Notes: generated by a model from the sequence alone, not told the origin. DNA of 64,000 bases from Euprymna scolopes (GCA_053919585.1 CM132790.1), one strand, 5' to 3'. Positions 27,241 to 40,965 are shown, counted from the first letter of the stretch. Numbers and translations: made by a program.

Positions 27241-27830
27241 AAGCTGAATGTGTGTGTTTGTGTGTGTGTGGTCACGAATAAGCTCGTATATGGTTGACTA
27301 TTTTAAAAAACTGATTACATATAATGATAGAAGATGTATCAAGACACAGGAGTGGATATGTTTGATCTGGCAGAACGTTGGTTTATTAAAAGTGTGGGTT
27401 CGCGCCTGGTCCACAAGTATGGAAATAAAAAATTTAGAAATTAAAAAAAAACAACGTTTACAAGTGTTTTTGATATAGATGTACATAAGAATACTTTGAT
27501 AAGTATGTTTTAACTTAAATAGGGCTGGTATAATAAAATCGTGGGGTCTGCGCTCGCGCCTGGCCTCCCTAGAATGGAAATAGGCACAAACTTTAATAAA
27601 TACTTTTCCTATCTATCTGCGGAAGTATACTTTGATAATTATGTTTCAATTTGAAGAAATATGGTATAATAAAATTATGGGGTGTTCGTTCGCACCTGAC
27701 CTCCATAGAATGGAAATATGTCACAAAGTTTTACAAGGTTTTTCTAATATGGATCCACAGAATATTGTGATAAGTGTTTCAGTGTGAACAGGTATGGTAT
27801 AATAAATTTTGGGGTTTATCTATTTTATTT
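27232..27830 (+). mobile_element. Helitron-like 5' segment with about 3 diverged 135-145 bp internal repeats
   Basis: TATAATATAAAGCTGAATGTGTGTG start. TCGC(G/A)CCTG...ATGGAAATA recurs at about 27400, 27553 and 27690. Confidence 0.45.
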
Positions 27831-27902
27831 TTACTTTCATCATATTTTGCTTTGGTTTTGATACCCTCAAATTCAACCCCCGGTCTTCCGCTTCCTTTTC
27901 AC

Positions 27903-27992
<90 letters not shown>

Positions 27993-27995
<3 letters not shown>

Positions 27996-28925
27996 TTCTT
28001 AGTCATGAGTTTTCTGTTCCGGCTTGTCAGTTAATCGTTCCTGAATACTGTTCTAATGCCAGATGGAGTACATATTCGTTGAAGTTTTTCAGACAAGCCC
28101 TTTATGTATGGTAAGTTTTGTAGCGGTGTCGTCTGTGTGTGGATCTGATTTCTTGAGGCTAATGTTATGCTCTCTGGATAGTTGTTTCGATGTGTGATTT
28201 TTCTTAAACTGTCCATCTCTTCTTGGTATGCATAGCTGTTACTACATATTGCTTTTGTTCGGTGTTGTAGGCAACGGACGATTCCTTTTCTTTACATTGT
28301 ATGGATGTTGAGAGTTGAAGTTTAGGTACTGTCAAGTGAACGTTGGCTTTCGGTATACACACGTCATAATTCTACCAGAGTTCGAGTAATCAGCACATCT
28401 CGGAACGATAATTTGTTGTTATATTCTTTTTTTTCCGTCGTGTACTGTATAATTGAACGGATCGACTTCACATGATCACATAATTTTTGAACATTTTCCT
28501 GCTGGGGCCAAAGTATAATTGTGTAATCCACATAACGCAACCACGTTGTTGGCTTTACTGGTGTTTATCCTAATGCCATTTCCTGAAAGTATTCAATCTA
28601 TGCATCGGCCAATATTGGAGACAATGGTGATCCCATCGCTAGACTTTCTTCCTGTCAGTATATATCAGATCCCATCACGAAGTATGTAGTTTCTACACAA
28701 GTCATTATATTGTCAATTCGGATGCAAGTGCGTTCCTTCAGTTAGGCATCAGAAGTCAGCCTGTCTTGCATCACTGTCAGAATCTCATCGTTGGCTACTT
28801 TCGTGAACAGACTCACTACATCTAGCCCCTCTATCTGGTCGGAATGAATCGGAGCATTGTTAATTATTTCCACAAAGTGAGCTGAATTCTTGGCGTATGA
28901 TGGAAATATTCAGTGGCTTCAGGTG
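27993..28925 (-). pseudogene. Penelope-like element reverse transcriptase remnant
   Basis: Minus strand reads LDVVSLFTKV, LAMGSPLSPILAD, WLRYVDYT and NLPYIKGLSEKLQRIC...TVF, and ends at MTKNC abutting (TA)n. Confidence 0.9.
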
Positions 28926-30288
28926 ATGATATAATATACACACACACGCACACACATATATATATATTAAACAAATGGTATGAAATTGTCTATCTTTTCT
29001 CTCAGTTGTTTCTTATTCAAAACGTGAACATTTATTTATTAAATTTACTTTAAAATGAAAGTTATTTTTCTTCATTTGAATAAAACTTTTCGAAGTTTCA
29101 TAAAACATATTCCCAATAATTTGTCATGTATATTGATTTTATATTTCAATTAATTTTTCATTGAAATTTTCATCTTTCAATTAATTTTCCATTGCATCAG
29201 ATTTTTACTGACTGTAATAAATTTTTCATTATAAAAATTGTCCAATAATTGTTCAAGAATATTGTTTTCATTTTTCTATTAATAGTTATTGCCATTTTTT
29301 AATTTTTCAATTAATTTTTCATTGAATTAGCTTTTTACTGATTGTAATAATACGTTGTTCATTGTGAAAATTTGCCAGTTTTCATGAAAACAAAATCCCG
29401 AAACTTTTGTTTAGTACCAACCGGCATTTACCGTAAACCAACCGTACGATTCCGACAAATGCACAGTCCTTATACTGCATAAATACCCATTTTTATCTAT
29501 TCCTTATTGGCTTGATTCAATGCATCTTTACAGAGCGTGCTATCCTTTTGGTTCGCTTCATCTGTCACGCTTAAATTCCAGATAGCATTTCATTACTAAA
29601 CGCATTGACAGGATGCATCTTACGATTATCAGTTCGTGTTTAACAATGCCATTTACTTTACATCAGCCATGGCTCTTGCCTGTCGGCTGTCTGCGACAAG
29701 GGTCCTGATTATTATCTTTAGCAACGCTGCCACTTCATCTGGGAAATTAAAAGCCACGAAGTTCCAAGAGGTTTTTCGTCCTATTTAGAACGCGTCGGGC
29801 TTTGCGACGGACACTGGAAAGCAATGATAGTTTTGTAAAATGAAAAATGCCGAGGGCATCTGCATCGTTTACTCGAGATGGCAATTGAGTTTTGTAAGGT
29901 ATTTTGCTCGATCTCTAGAAACGCAAAAGTCGCATATATTCTCCCGTGTCGTTTTGGAAAAGAATAATTAGGAATTTCGAGGCACAAAGACGCTCACTCT
30001 AGGGATGGCCGATAGGTAAAGTAAATTAGGAAGAAATTAAATGTTTTCGAAGCTGACGATGTTGTCTATTTTAAAGTAACGTTAACGATCTTCTTGTTCT
30101 TATTTTTTTGCTTCTTTGTCTGCTTTGCATCTACTACTTTATCTACTTCTTTTCTTTCTTCTTTAACTTCTTTTTCTTCTTCTCTTGTCTTTCTTGTGCT
30201 GTTTCTTCTTTATCTTTATCTTTTTCTCATTCTCATCTTTCACATTTTTTTACTTTCACTTCCTCTTCTGTTACTCATTCGTCTTTAT

Positions 30289-30338
<50 letters not shown>

Positions 30339-30443
30339 TACGCTTATCGTACCGTCCATTATCATCATTAGCATCCCTAAAAAAGAAAAGTGGAATATTC
30401 CAAATAAACCTTATCATTCTTTAAAAGCTAATAAAAATTATTT

Positions 30444-30492
30444 GTCTTTCTTTGCCTTTTGGCTAAGATCAAAGTGTAGTATCTGTCTTCAG
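30444..30492 (+). pseudogene. U2 snRNA 5' fragment
   Basis: GCCTTTTGGCTAAGATCAAAGTGTAGTATCTGT (30454-30486) matches the U2 5' end, including the branch-point pairing GTAGTA. The rest of U2 is absent. Confidence 0.85.
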
Positions 30493-31059
30493 GTGCTACA
30501 TTTCAATTTCTTCTCTCTCAGCGGAAGAGAAATCCTTTACGACTAAGAAAATTTTTTCTCCACGTTAAAAACGACCCTGGTTTCTAAATCTGTCCCGTGG
30601 GGAGGCATTGTGAATAGGTACTATGTTTAATGTAACTAAGTTTTTATATCAAAAAAAAAGTTTTTATATCAAAAAAAGTAACCGAAAGAAAGTTATTTCT
30701 GATTTCATTACAAAATGCCCTGGAAATGTTACTTCTGATTAATTATAAAATGCCCTGGAAAATGTCCGTTCTGATTATTTTTTTTTTGTTTACTTGCTTC
30801 ACCACAAGGGCGGAATTGGACATGAGGCCGGTTAAAAATTTAGGGGAAACCAGCTCTCCAAAAGGGACACTCTTGTCAATAGCAAAAATAAAAATTGTAT
30901 CAGTAATAAAGGATTTCTCCTCCATTAACCAAGACCAAAAAAGGGGAGGATTTAAGTCACTGAAATGTTGAAACTGATACTACACTCAGTAATTCATGTT
31001 GAAGCAATGGTTGCCTAATCTCTAACCGTGTTAATGTTTTTATTTATTACTTTCGAAAA

Positions 31060-31670
31060 GCTGCTGAAACAGTTTATGATTTAAACATTACTTTTTTTTC
31101 AAGTATATTTTAAGCAGTGTGTTACGGGATATGAAGCCAGTCCCGAAAATTACTCAAACTGTTTACGATTTAAACATTACTTTATTTCAAGTATATTTTA
31201 AACAGTGGTGTGGAAGATATTAACTCAGCTCCGAAAATGGGTGAAACCGTTTACGCATTACACATTACTTTATTTAATGTATATTTTTAACATTGGGGTG
31301 GGAAATATGAAGTCGGTTCCGGAAATGGCTGCAACCATTTACGTTTTGGACATTACTTTATTTAATGTATATTTTTAACAGTATGATGGGAGATAAGAAG
31401 TCGGTCCTGGAAATGGCTGAAAAAGTTTACGATTTATACATTACTTTAATTCATGTATATTTTCAACAGTGGGGTGGGGATTATAAGTCAGTTCCAAAAA
31501 TGGCTGAAACAGGTTACTATTTAGAGAGTACATTATTTCATGTATATTTTTAGCAGTGGGTTGGGGATAAAAGGCAGTCCCGGAAATGGCTGAAACAGTT
31601 TACGATTAAAACATTACTTTATTTAATGTATATTTTCAACTGTGGGGTGGCGAACATGAAGTCAGTCCCG
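31060..31670. repeat. Tandem array, about 88-bp unit x7
   Basis: CATTACTTT recurs at 31086, 31175, 31263, 31351, 31439 and about 31613; a degenerate copy sits near 31527. Confidence 0.9.
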
Positions 31671-31869
31671 GGACTGAATGAGGTGTACAAATATATACTA
31701 TCAGAAAGCGTCGCCCAGTATTGAATGAGATAAGTGGAAAACATATAGTAGCAAAATACCCAGCGTCGCTCGGGATCGAATGAGATAGGTGAACGATATA
31801 TATTAGCAGAATATGCGGCGTCACCCGGGATTGGATAAGATAGGTGAAACATATATACTATGAGAATAC

Positions 31870-33850
31870 CCAGAATTGATTGATTTGTTTGTAATGAAAT
31901 AATCAGCCCAGGCAATATATCGAAGTTATTATTTAAGTAAGAGAGAGCGACATAGTGGGTTAAAGTTATGAAAATTATTGTCGAAATTAGTAACATATCC
32001 AAGAATTATGAAAAATGATGAAATGTGAGTTACTTGATTGGTGTGTTTGTAATGATATACTAAGCTCAGACAATATATCAAATATATTATATAAGTCGGA
32101 GGGAGAGGCATAATGTGGGGCTTTAATTATAAAAATTATTGTAAAAATTAGTAACATATACAGAATTATAAACAAAGATTAAATGTGAGTTAAACGATTG
32201 TGTATTTATAATAAAATACTCAGCCCATGAAATATATCAAAGTAATTATGTTAGTAGGAGAGGGCGATAAGGATGGTTAAAATTATGAAAAATAATTGTC
32301 GAAATTAGTAACATATCCAAGAATTATGAAAAATGATAATATGTTATTTAATGCATTAGTATGTTTACAATGAAATAATCAGACCAGACAATATATCAAA
32401 GTTATTATTTTAGTAAGTGGGGCGATAATGTGAGTTAAAATGATAAAAATGATTGTCGACATTTGTTACATATCGAAGAATTATGAAAAATGGAGAAAGT
32501 GAGTTGATTGGTGTGTTTGAAATGAAATAATCATCCCAGATAATATATCAAAGTTTTTTTTAGTAGTGGGGGGGTGATAATGTGGGTTAAAAATATTAAA
32601 AATAATTGTCGAAATGAGTAACATATCCAAGAATTAAGAAAAATGATGAAATGTGAGTTAATTGATAGTTGTGATTTTTATGGAATAATCAGCCCAGGCA
32701 ATATATCAAAGTAATTTTAAGTAAGACAGGGAAACGAGGATGGTTTAAATTATAAAATTTATCGTCGAAATCATTAACATATCCAAGAATTACGAAAAAT
32801 GACGAAATGTGATTTAATTGATTGGTGTGTTTATAATAAAATAATCAGCCTAGAAAATATATCAAAGTTATTATATAAGTGAAGGGGAAGGAAGTAAGGA
32901 GGGCTTAAATTATGAAAAATTATTGTCGGAATTAGTAACATATCCAAGAATTACAAAAAAATTATGAAATATTAGTTAATTGATTGGTGTGTTTGTTAGA
33001 AAATAATCAGCCTAGACAATATAGCAAAGTTATTATTTAGTAAACAGGAAAGGGCGAAAATGTGGGTGAAAATTATAAAAAATGATTGTCGAAATAAGTA
33101 ACATATCCAAGAATTATGAAAAAAGATTAAATGCGATTTCATGCATTAGTGTGTTTGTAATAAAATAATAAGCCCAGACCATATTTCAAAGTTATTATTT
33201 TATTAAAGAGGGGGCGATAATGTGGGTATAAATTATGAAAAATGATTGTCGAAATTAGTAACATACCCAAGAATTATGAAAAATGATGAAATGGAGGTTA
33301 ATTGATTCGTGTGTTTGTAATGAAATAATCAGTCAAGCAAATGTATCAAAGTTATTATTTTAGTAAGGTTGGGCGACAACGTTGGTTTAAATTATTAAAA
33401 AATATTGTCGAAATTAGTAACATATCCAAGGATTACGAAAAATGATGAAATGTCAGTTGATTGATGTGTGTGTTTGTAATGAAATAATCAGCCTAGACAA
33501 TATATATCAAAGTTATTATTTTAGTAAGGTGTGCGATATGGTGAGTTTAAATGATGAAAAGTTATTGTCAAAATTAGTACCATATCCAAGAATTATTAAA
33601 AATGATGAAATGTGAGTTAATTTATAGTTGTGTTTTTTTATAAAATAATCAGCCAACACAACATATCAAATTCAATATTTTAGTAAAGGGAGAAGCGATA
33701 ATGTGGGTTGAAATTATGAAAAATTATTGTCGAACATAGTAACATATGCAATAATTATGAAAAATGATAAAATATGAGTTAATTGACCGGTGTGTTTGTA
33801 ATGAAATAATCAGCCCAGGAAGTATATCAAAGTTATTATTTTAGTAAGGA
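31870..33850. repeat. Tandem array, about 159-bp unit x12
   Basis: GTAACATATCC(A) or a close variant recurs 12 times from 31990 to 33739 at 153-163 bp spacing. Confidence 0.95.
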
Positions 33851-33958
33851 GGTGATACAGTTTTAATAAAAAAGCAGAATATGATTGTGCCTTCATTCAT
33901 GCTGAACAGAACGCTCACAGCATGCCCAGCAACAATATATTACGTATGAAAAATACTG

Positions 33959-33984
33959 CTGTGTAATTTCCACAGGTCCCGCTA

Positions 33985-33985
<1 letters not shown>
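33959..33985 (+). mobile_element. Putative Helitron 3' terminus
   Basis: Short hairpin CTGTG-TAATTTC-CACAG, then GTCCCG and CTAA|T, fitting the CTRR end motif. Confidence 0.45.
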
Positions 33986-34023
<38 letters not shown>

Positions 34024-34439
34024 TGCTTCATTTTTCGTGTCTTAATCTACCCTTTTGAACCCTTCACATTTCATTCTTCTTTTCCTCCTACTACATTTTC
34101 CTCTTCTTCTACTTATTCTTCGTCTTCTTCTTCATCTTCTTCTTCTTATTATTATTTGCTTCATTTTTCATGTCTTAATCTACCCTTTTGACCCCTTCAC
34201 ATTTCATACTTTTTCTTTTTCTCATTATCCTTTCCTTCTTTTTTTTCTACTCTCTTAATATTTCTTGCCCCTTCTTCGTCGGTTTCCTTTTCATATACTT
34301 CTTCTTTATCATCTCCTGTCTTCTTCTCGATTGTTCTCCATCGTATTCGCATTGTTCTTTTTTTTCCTCCTACTACTTTTTCCTCTTCTCCTGCTTATTC
34401 TTCCTTTTCTTCCTCTTCTTCTTCTTCTTCTTCTTCTTC

Positions 34440-34471
<32 letters not shown>

Positions 34472-34988
34472 GTTATTATTATTTCTCCGTCTTCTTTTTT
34501 TTCCATATTTTTTCTTCTTATTCCCTTCTCAGCACCTTCTTAAACTGTCTATTTAATTATTTTGTCTTTTTGTTGCTGTTCTCTTTCTCGTTCTTCTTTT
34601 TATAGTATATTCATCTATGGTAAGCGATGCAGGCCGATTTAAGAACTCAATCGTATCAACCACCTTGACAGTTCATCGCTTCAAGTGCGATGATTTCAAG
34701 TTATTTCCTCCACCAGCGTCGAATCCTATAAGCGTTTGGTTAAAAAATTCTTTCCAGGTCAGATTTCACAGTGGTGATCCACATGATCATCTGATCACAG
34801 TATTGATTTCCGCAGAATAAAGATGAAGGAGATTCATTGCTCTGTTTGTCCAGATTCCAGGCGGCTGACATGAAGCTCATATCATACGTATACTTTCAGT
34901 ACATCTTCATCAACAATCGAAAATAACTGATAATATTTTCCGAAGAGAATTGAAATGTTTCTCCACTTACTTTGTTTGCCGCGATATA

Positions 34989-36259
34989 TAAGGTTGACAT
35001 AAAACATTTTTTACGGTTTTTAACTTTCAAATTCAGATGAATATATCTCGGCCCAAACAAAAAATTATTGACCGAAAACACCATCAAAATCAGCACATTT
35101 AACGCAAAACAAGTCTATTTATGCCAGTAACATAAAAATATTGCATTTTGTTAGCGATGAAGTAGCTGGAGGCGTTTTTTATATCACTTAAATGTTTTAA
35201 GCATTGATCACGCAGAAAGTTGTCGGGATGCTTAAAAAAGTGGGAGTCGGTAGGTGATAGGTCCAGAGAGTATGTCGGATGAGTAATAGTTTTGTACTCC
35301 AATTCGTTCAACTTCTGCAGGGTCGGTTTAGCAACGTGAGGTCGAACGTTGTCGTGGAGAGGAATCGAGCCGTTTCTGTTGACTAATACTGAGTGTTGTT
35401 GTCAAAGTTTCTGATGCATCTAATCCATTTGTTGACAGTACTTCTCCGTCGTAATTGTTTTGCCTTCATTAAAGAAATTGTAATTAATGAGACAGTACGC
35501 AGACTACCCAACAGTCAGCATGATCTTCATTTGGTGCAACTCTGGCTTCGAGAAATGTCGTGGAGCTTCATCGGCGTCTAACCGCTGAGCTGAGCGTCGC
35601 CGGTTGTCGTAAAGAACCTACTTTTCATCGCAAGTAACAATCTGGTCGAGAAAAGGTCGTTCCGTTCCTGCTGTGTAAAAGTAAAGAAAATAACACTACA
35701 TAAAGACGTTTATTTTGGCTGCCGTTCAATTCGTGAGGCACCCATTTATCAAGATTTTTTGTCTTTCCAATCTCTCTTAAGTGGTTAGAAATCGTCGTAT
35801 ACGTTACGTCTAATTCAGAAGCAAGTTCTCGAACAGTTGTGCTTTGATCGGTTTTAACTAAGGCTTTTAATTGATCGTTGTCAGCATCCGATGACCGGCC
35901 ACTACGCTTAACATCTTCAAAACTCTCGTCGCCCTTCTTAAACCACTATTGTGTGTGCGTTCAGTAACGGTCTCTCTGTTAAACGCTTCGCTGATCTCGC
36001 GAGCTGTTTTAACAGCTTTTCGGCATAGCTTGAATTGAAATACGAAAATTGTGTGGTTTTGCTTTTTTTCCATCTTGTATTCAACGTTCTGAAAAGAAGA
36101 TATAATTGTTTTAAAATTATGGTAATTCAAAGGATTAGATAACCGAAAAACGCTTTTAAAAATGATAAATAAAGTAAAGGAATTATATTGAAACTTTATT
36201 TGAAAATATCATTTGAAATCAAAATTAAAAATTCCGCAAAAACTTTCTAGGTAACCTAA
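34989..36259 (-). mobile_element. Decayed full-length DD34D mariner
   Basis: TA-flanked imperfect TIRs (TAAGGTTG... / ...AACCTAA). Minus strand reads LDKWVPHEL, VTCDEK*VLYDN and HDNVRPH...YSLDLSPTD with 34 residues between the Ds. Confidence 0.9.
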
Positions 36260-38599
36260 TAACAATCACAGATTTTGACAGCATGTGTGAAACTGTGTTT
36301 ATGAGATAGCATTAATCCCTTGTTAGAACCGTCCTGGATCATATCAGTCTATTTCATGACTTGATATGCGGATTTTTTATACTAATGCGTCATAACTTAG
36401 CAAGATCAAAAGCTACGCAAAGATAAAGATTAATGAACTTTTCAGTTGTATTAAAAGATTATACTTTAAGAGGATTGATATCTACGGTTAATTCACAGAA
36501 CGACTTGATATTTGTTTATATTACTATTGAAAACAAACAAATTGTAGTTGTAGAGAATTATTCACGTAGTATCATGTCTCACATGTAGGAGTTATTGAAA
36601 AGAACCCCTCTCCATGGACGTTCCGTTTCATTTTAGGTACACAGAAAAAGAAAGCGGAGTCTTTTGTTGTGTTGAAACCAAGACGAGTTCTTGCTGAGAA
36701 TGTTTTATACACGGAGCAAAAATTAAACATCCGAATTTATGCTGCGAAAATAAGAGTATGTTAGTCAGTGTAGATATGGTTAACATCAGTTCGAATGTTC
36801 AGGCGGTTGACAACTACAAGGAACTGCTTACAAACTAACCGCTCCCTTGTCAACGTGAACATAGATTGAAATATGCAAAGCCTGCATATATTCACCTTAA
36901 TCATGGGTAGCACATTGTTCAGGTGAAAAACTCCATGCTCAACCTAAATATCGCACCTGCCAAATTCTTTTTCTTCCATGAAGAAACCAAAGGTATTGTG
37001 GTCGACAAATACACATACGGTAGGCCTATTATTTGGATTATTCGTACGACTGTTCTCAGCTTGAATGCTGGGTCGATGTAACCTACGACATCAGGTGCGT
37101 GTTATCGGAATCTACATGGAATTTCGAATGGAATTCGTTATTTTATTCATGAGGATATCATGTTCTCGTTCCGGGTAGAAGTCTTAATTCGAAACTACTT
37201 TATTCACTAGGCTTGCAGTATATTTGGTAGATTCAGTTGTAAATTACACCTTCCTGGGGGTTGAAGGTTCACTCGTCCATGCAGACAACACTCAAAATAT
37301 AAGTGGCGAAATCGCAACAGTCAACATCTTTAAAAAAAAAAGGTATTTTCTATCATGAATTTATTATAAAACAAAATCTAAATATATATCTTCATTTGAT
37401 TAAAGGAAATTATTAAAAAGGAAAAAATCATATAAAAATATCAAGTATGTTTTGCTATCAGCTGTTTTCTATTCAGAAAATAAATATTGTTCATTATACT
37501 TACCTTACAATGATTGTTTTTCTTTAATTGGAATTTTTGTTTTCTTAAAGTTTCGTAAAAATGTTTCAATAATTACTCATTATAGTTAGTAATAAGAAAA
37601 TAAATGTTTTCATTTTTTTAATTATTTTTTTTATTTAATTATCTTTGTGATACCAGAAAATATACATTTTTAATTGTAGACATTAGCCGGCATTTGTGCT
37701 AAGAAAATAAAACCACAAAATTACGTTCGGTACCTTTCGGCATTTTACGTATACTGTTCGTCGATGACATTGTCCTTATTCTGCATGAGTATCTTAATAT
37801 TATATTTAAACTATAAGCATGACACCGGCGAACATAGTTTCTTTTAGCTATGCTTGGTGGCATCTAGAAAAAAAAATTTTTTTTTTCCTTTTTCTTTTTT
37901 TTTTTGCAAAGATATATTTAATAGCGAATGATTGCCATCTGTTCTAATCAAAAGTCCAGCATAAAATCCAAGAGTTATATAATTATTGAAGCTTAGCGGA
38001 AGTGACATATGGCAGCTGGTTACGTTTAAATAATTATGCATGAGACATTTTTATTGATATTGGAAAATATAGATGGTTCATGTCTCTCAGCCGTATACAG
38101 TTTGACAGCGAGCCCTGTAATGTCTAGTGATATATATGGGTGAAATATCTAATTGAGTCAGGTGCTGCAGATGACTAAAGTCTATTAGTACATCAGATGA
38201 ATCTCATTACTATTTACCTATAGTGAAGCAATATTGTTGATACGAAAATGACTGTTGTTTTCTTTATTAATTCGATATATATTTTCAAAATAGATACATC
38301 AAATCTTTTGCCAATTTCGCGGAAAAATGGTTGGATCATTGGAAAAGTGGGTTGGATAATTATATTTCTCCAAAAGGCATCTCACTTTCGACGCACTCCC
38401 CTATTTTTATAAAAGTAAAATATGTCTTGAGATAAAGAACTGTTGCCACATCTTAGGAAGGACTGTGCATATATCCCTCTCCTGCATTGACAGGATATAA
38501 AATCCGCTTCGAAATCTAGGAAATTGAAATTAAAAGTACGTTACTATTATACAAAAATTATGGAGACCTCTTTTTATTTTAGTATCTTTATAGAGGAAG

Positions 38600-38925
38600 A
38601 TATTGATTAATAAATATTTCTCCTGAAACGGTGAGAGTCTACACCTGCTTTATCGTTATTTTTGCATATACCCGACTAATCCGAGAATCAGCAAATTCTT
38701 CTATAAGGTTTAGTTCCCTACATACCGGAAAACCTTATACTCTAATAGTTTTTTTTTCTCTTGAACTGTTAGACTTTCGATTTCCTTGATTCCTCGACTG
38801 TACTAACATGAAAAAGTTTAAATGTAATGTGAACCGACATTCCGTTGCTCAACTAGCATCGCTCTAGACACTAACCCAAATAGTAGCCCCTTACGTCCAA
38901 GTAGCAATATATTTAGTTTAGGATT
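38600..38925 (+). mobile_element. CR1-group LINE 3' fragment
   Basis: Shares its 3' motifs with 19640-20205 and 49450-50905. Confidence 0.55.
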
Positions 38926-40360
38926 AAAATAAGTACTATATCTATATATATAAAAATGTAACTGTTGGTTCGTTCGGAATTAATTGTCTAAAAAACCACT
39001 GGACGGATGGCTTCCACGTTTTGGTATAATATGTTTACTATATCCATGTGTGTTTTTATATATTTCTTTTTAATTATAACATTATACTTAATCTTTCTAT
39101 GATTAATAGGTGGATTTCTTTGTACCGAGAGGCAATTATTATTTAGGGACAATTATTTATTACCGCTTCCTGTCACGTGACCAGTGTTACAATTTAGCGG
39201 TTTTCCTGCTAGATTTGGAGATTCGTTTACAATCTAGTGGGAAATTCTAGAAAATCTGGAGGTATTTGGCACCCACACACCCGCATTAGATTATTAAAAA
39301 ATAAAGAAAAGCGCTTGAAAATACTTTAAAACATAAAATAAACTCATTCATGTACGTAAAAAAAGTAGCATTTATTGTCTTTGGTAACAATTATTTATTG
39401 ATTATTTGTTTTGTTTTTCACCTTTTTTTCGACTAACCATTCTTAAATCTCACAATAAAATCGATTTTTCCAAGTACATTATAGGTGGGGGGCATTCCAA
39501 CCTCCGAAGTTTAGTTTAAAATACGATCTTAAAGTGTAAAAAGCAAGAAACAACAGCAAAAAAACAAAACAAAAACGAGAAAACACGGAACATTATGGAG
39601 TTTTTTGGGGGGTGGGGAAATTAGCGATTTTTGAAAATTTCAGACGATAAGTTAAAAATCTAGCGATTTTCTGGACATTTCTTTCTCCTGATCTCGCGGT
39701 TTTTTTTTTTTTAATCTCAGTTGACAACATTGCATCACTAAAAAAAACACTACAGGCTTAATGTAAACAGAATGTGTTTACAATATCGGTAAATTTTCAA
39801 TGGGTTTAATTACATGATTATTGATAATGTAACCATGTGATTGAACTTAAATTTAAATTAACCACACGTGGTCGCAAAATAAATGCCGACGCTCAAAGTG
39901 TATACACATTTTGACTCCTCCCTTTACTTAAAAATTCACCAAAAATCAGGAAATTAACGAATTTTAATTAAAATTGCAGTATTTTTCCATTAATGATCGC
40001 AGAATATAATGAACTAATTATTTTTACTTAACTCTTAGTGAAAATGTTTTATTTTGTTTAAACAAAAAATACCTTTAGTAAAGTTATGGTTTTCAGTAGT
40101 AAATAAAAAACGCAAGAATTTATTTTTGCTTTTTTTAAAGCATCGTAATTTGTAACAATAAAAAATAATTTTTACAGTAACATTACGAAAAAAGCCCCTA
40201 AAGTCCGTATTAATGAATTCAATATAACTCGAAGAAAAATGAATTTCTCACATACTATTCAAAAAATTAAAGATTCAATTAGCTTCCTATTTCAGTCACC
40301 TAAATTATTTAGGGTGAAATGAGTTTAGGAATTTATAGCCAAACCTAAATATATTTTTTT

Positions 40361-40965
40361 GGTAAATATCCAGATACGCTACTACAGAACACCGACCACT
40401 CTAATTTGTTTGGGGGGATGTGATGTTGAGGCGCGCGCGCGCCAACATCACATCCCCCCGCTCGCGCCCCCAATGTACAAAGTAAAATCTTCGGAAAATG
40501 TTAAATGGTGTTCTAATTGGTAAATGTCGGTGCGTTACTTACGGAAAATTTGAAAATTCGATGTTCCAGTTAAAAAAAGAAGATAAATTACCCCCTACTC
40601 CAACTTGGTGTGCTTTTCTTTTCTTATTTTATTTCTTTTTCAGCTAATTTTAAATTTTCCACCCAAAAAGCGCTATAATGTATTTTTGAAAATTAGAAAA
40701 TTCTATGTCCTGGAAAAAAAATCCCCTCCCCCCAACGTAGTTTGCTTGGTGAAGCCGTCGTTTATGCTACAGCGTGCATGCGCGTAGCATAAACGGAAGC
40801 TGCAAAATGGTGGAAAGAAGTTCGTGGGTTCAGGGGTAAATACCATACAAACGGTAAATTTGCCCCAAGTTTGACTATCAGATTCGTTGTCAGCGACCCC
40901 AATTACCTATAAAAAAACAAATTAGAGTGGTCGGTGTTCTGTAGTAGCGTATCTGGATATTTACC
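40361..40965. mobile_element. Young MITE with perfect 51-bp TIRs
   Basis: GGTAAATATCCAGATACGCTACTACAGAACACCGACCACTCTAATTTGTTT at 40361-40411 and its exact reverse complement at 40915-40965. Inserted in a T-run (possible 9-bp TSD, Mutator-like). Confidence 0.9.

Noticed and set aside
29500-30020. Host exons in moderately GC-rich patches (also about 19300-19470, 20980-21230, 23600-24500, 36560-37330, 47960-48420, 52663-53150)
   Set aside because: No sustained ORF or convincing splice pair. Some show faint Tx1- or R4-like motifs and are probably old retroelement debris, too decayed to call.
30094-30546. Membrane or His-rich proteins (also ORFs at 21425-21745, 27774-28114, 34055-34556, 47060-47542, 55628-55816)
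   Set aside because: They are translations of (CAT)n, (GT)n, (TA)n, (TTA)n/(CTT)n and T-rich low-complexity tracts.
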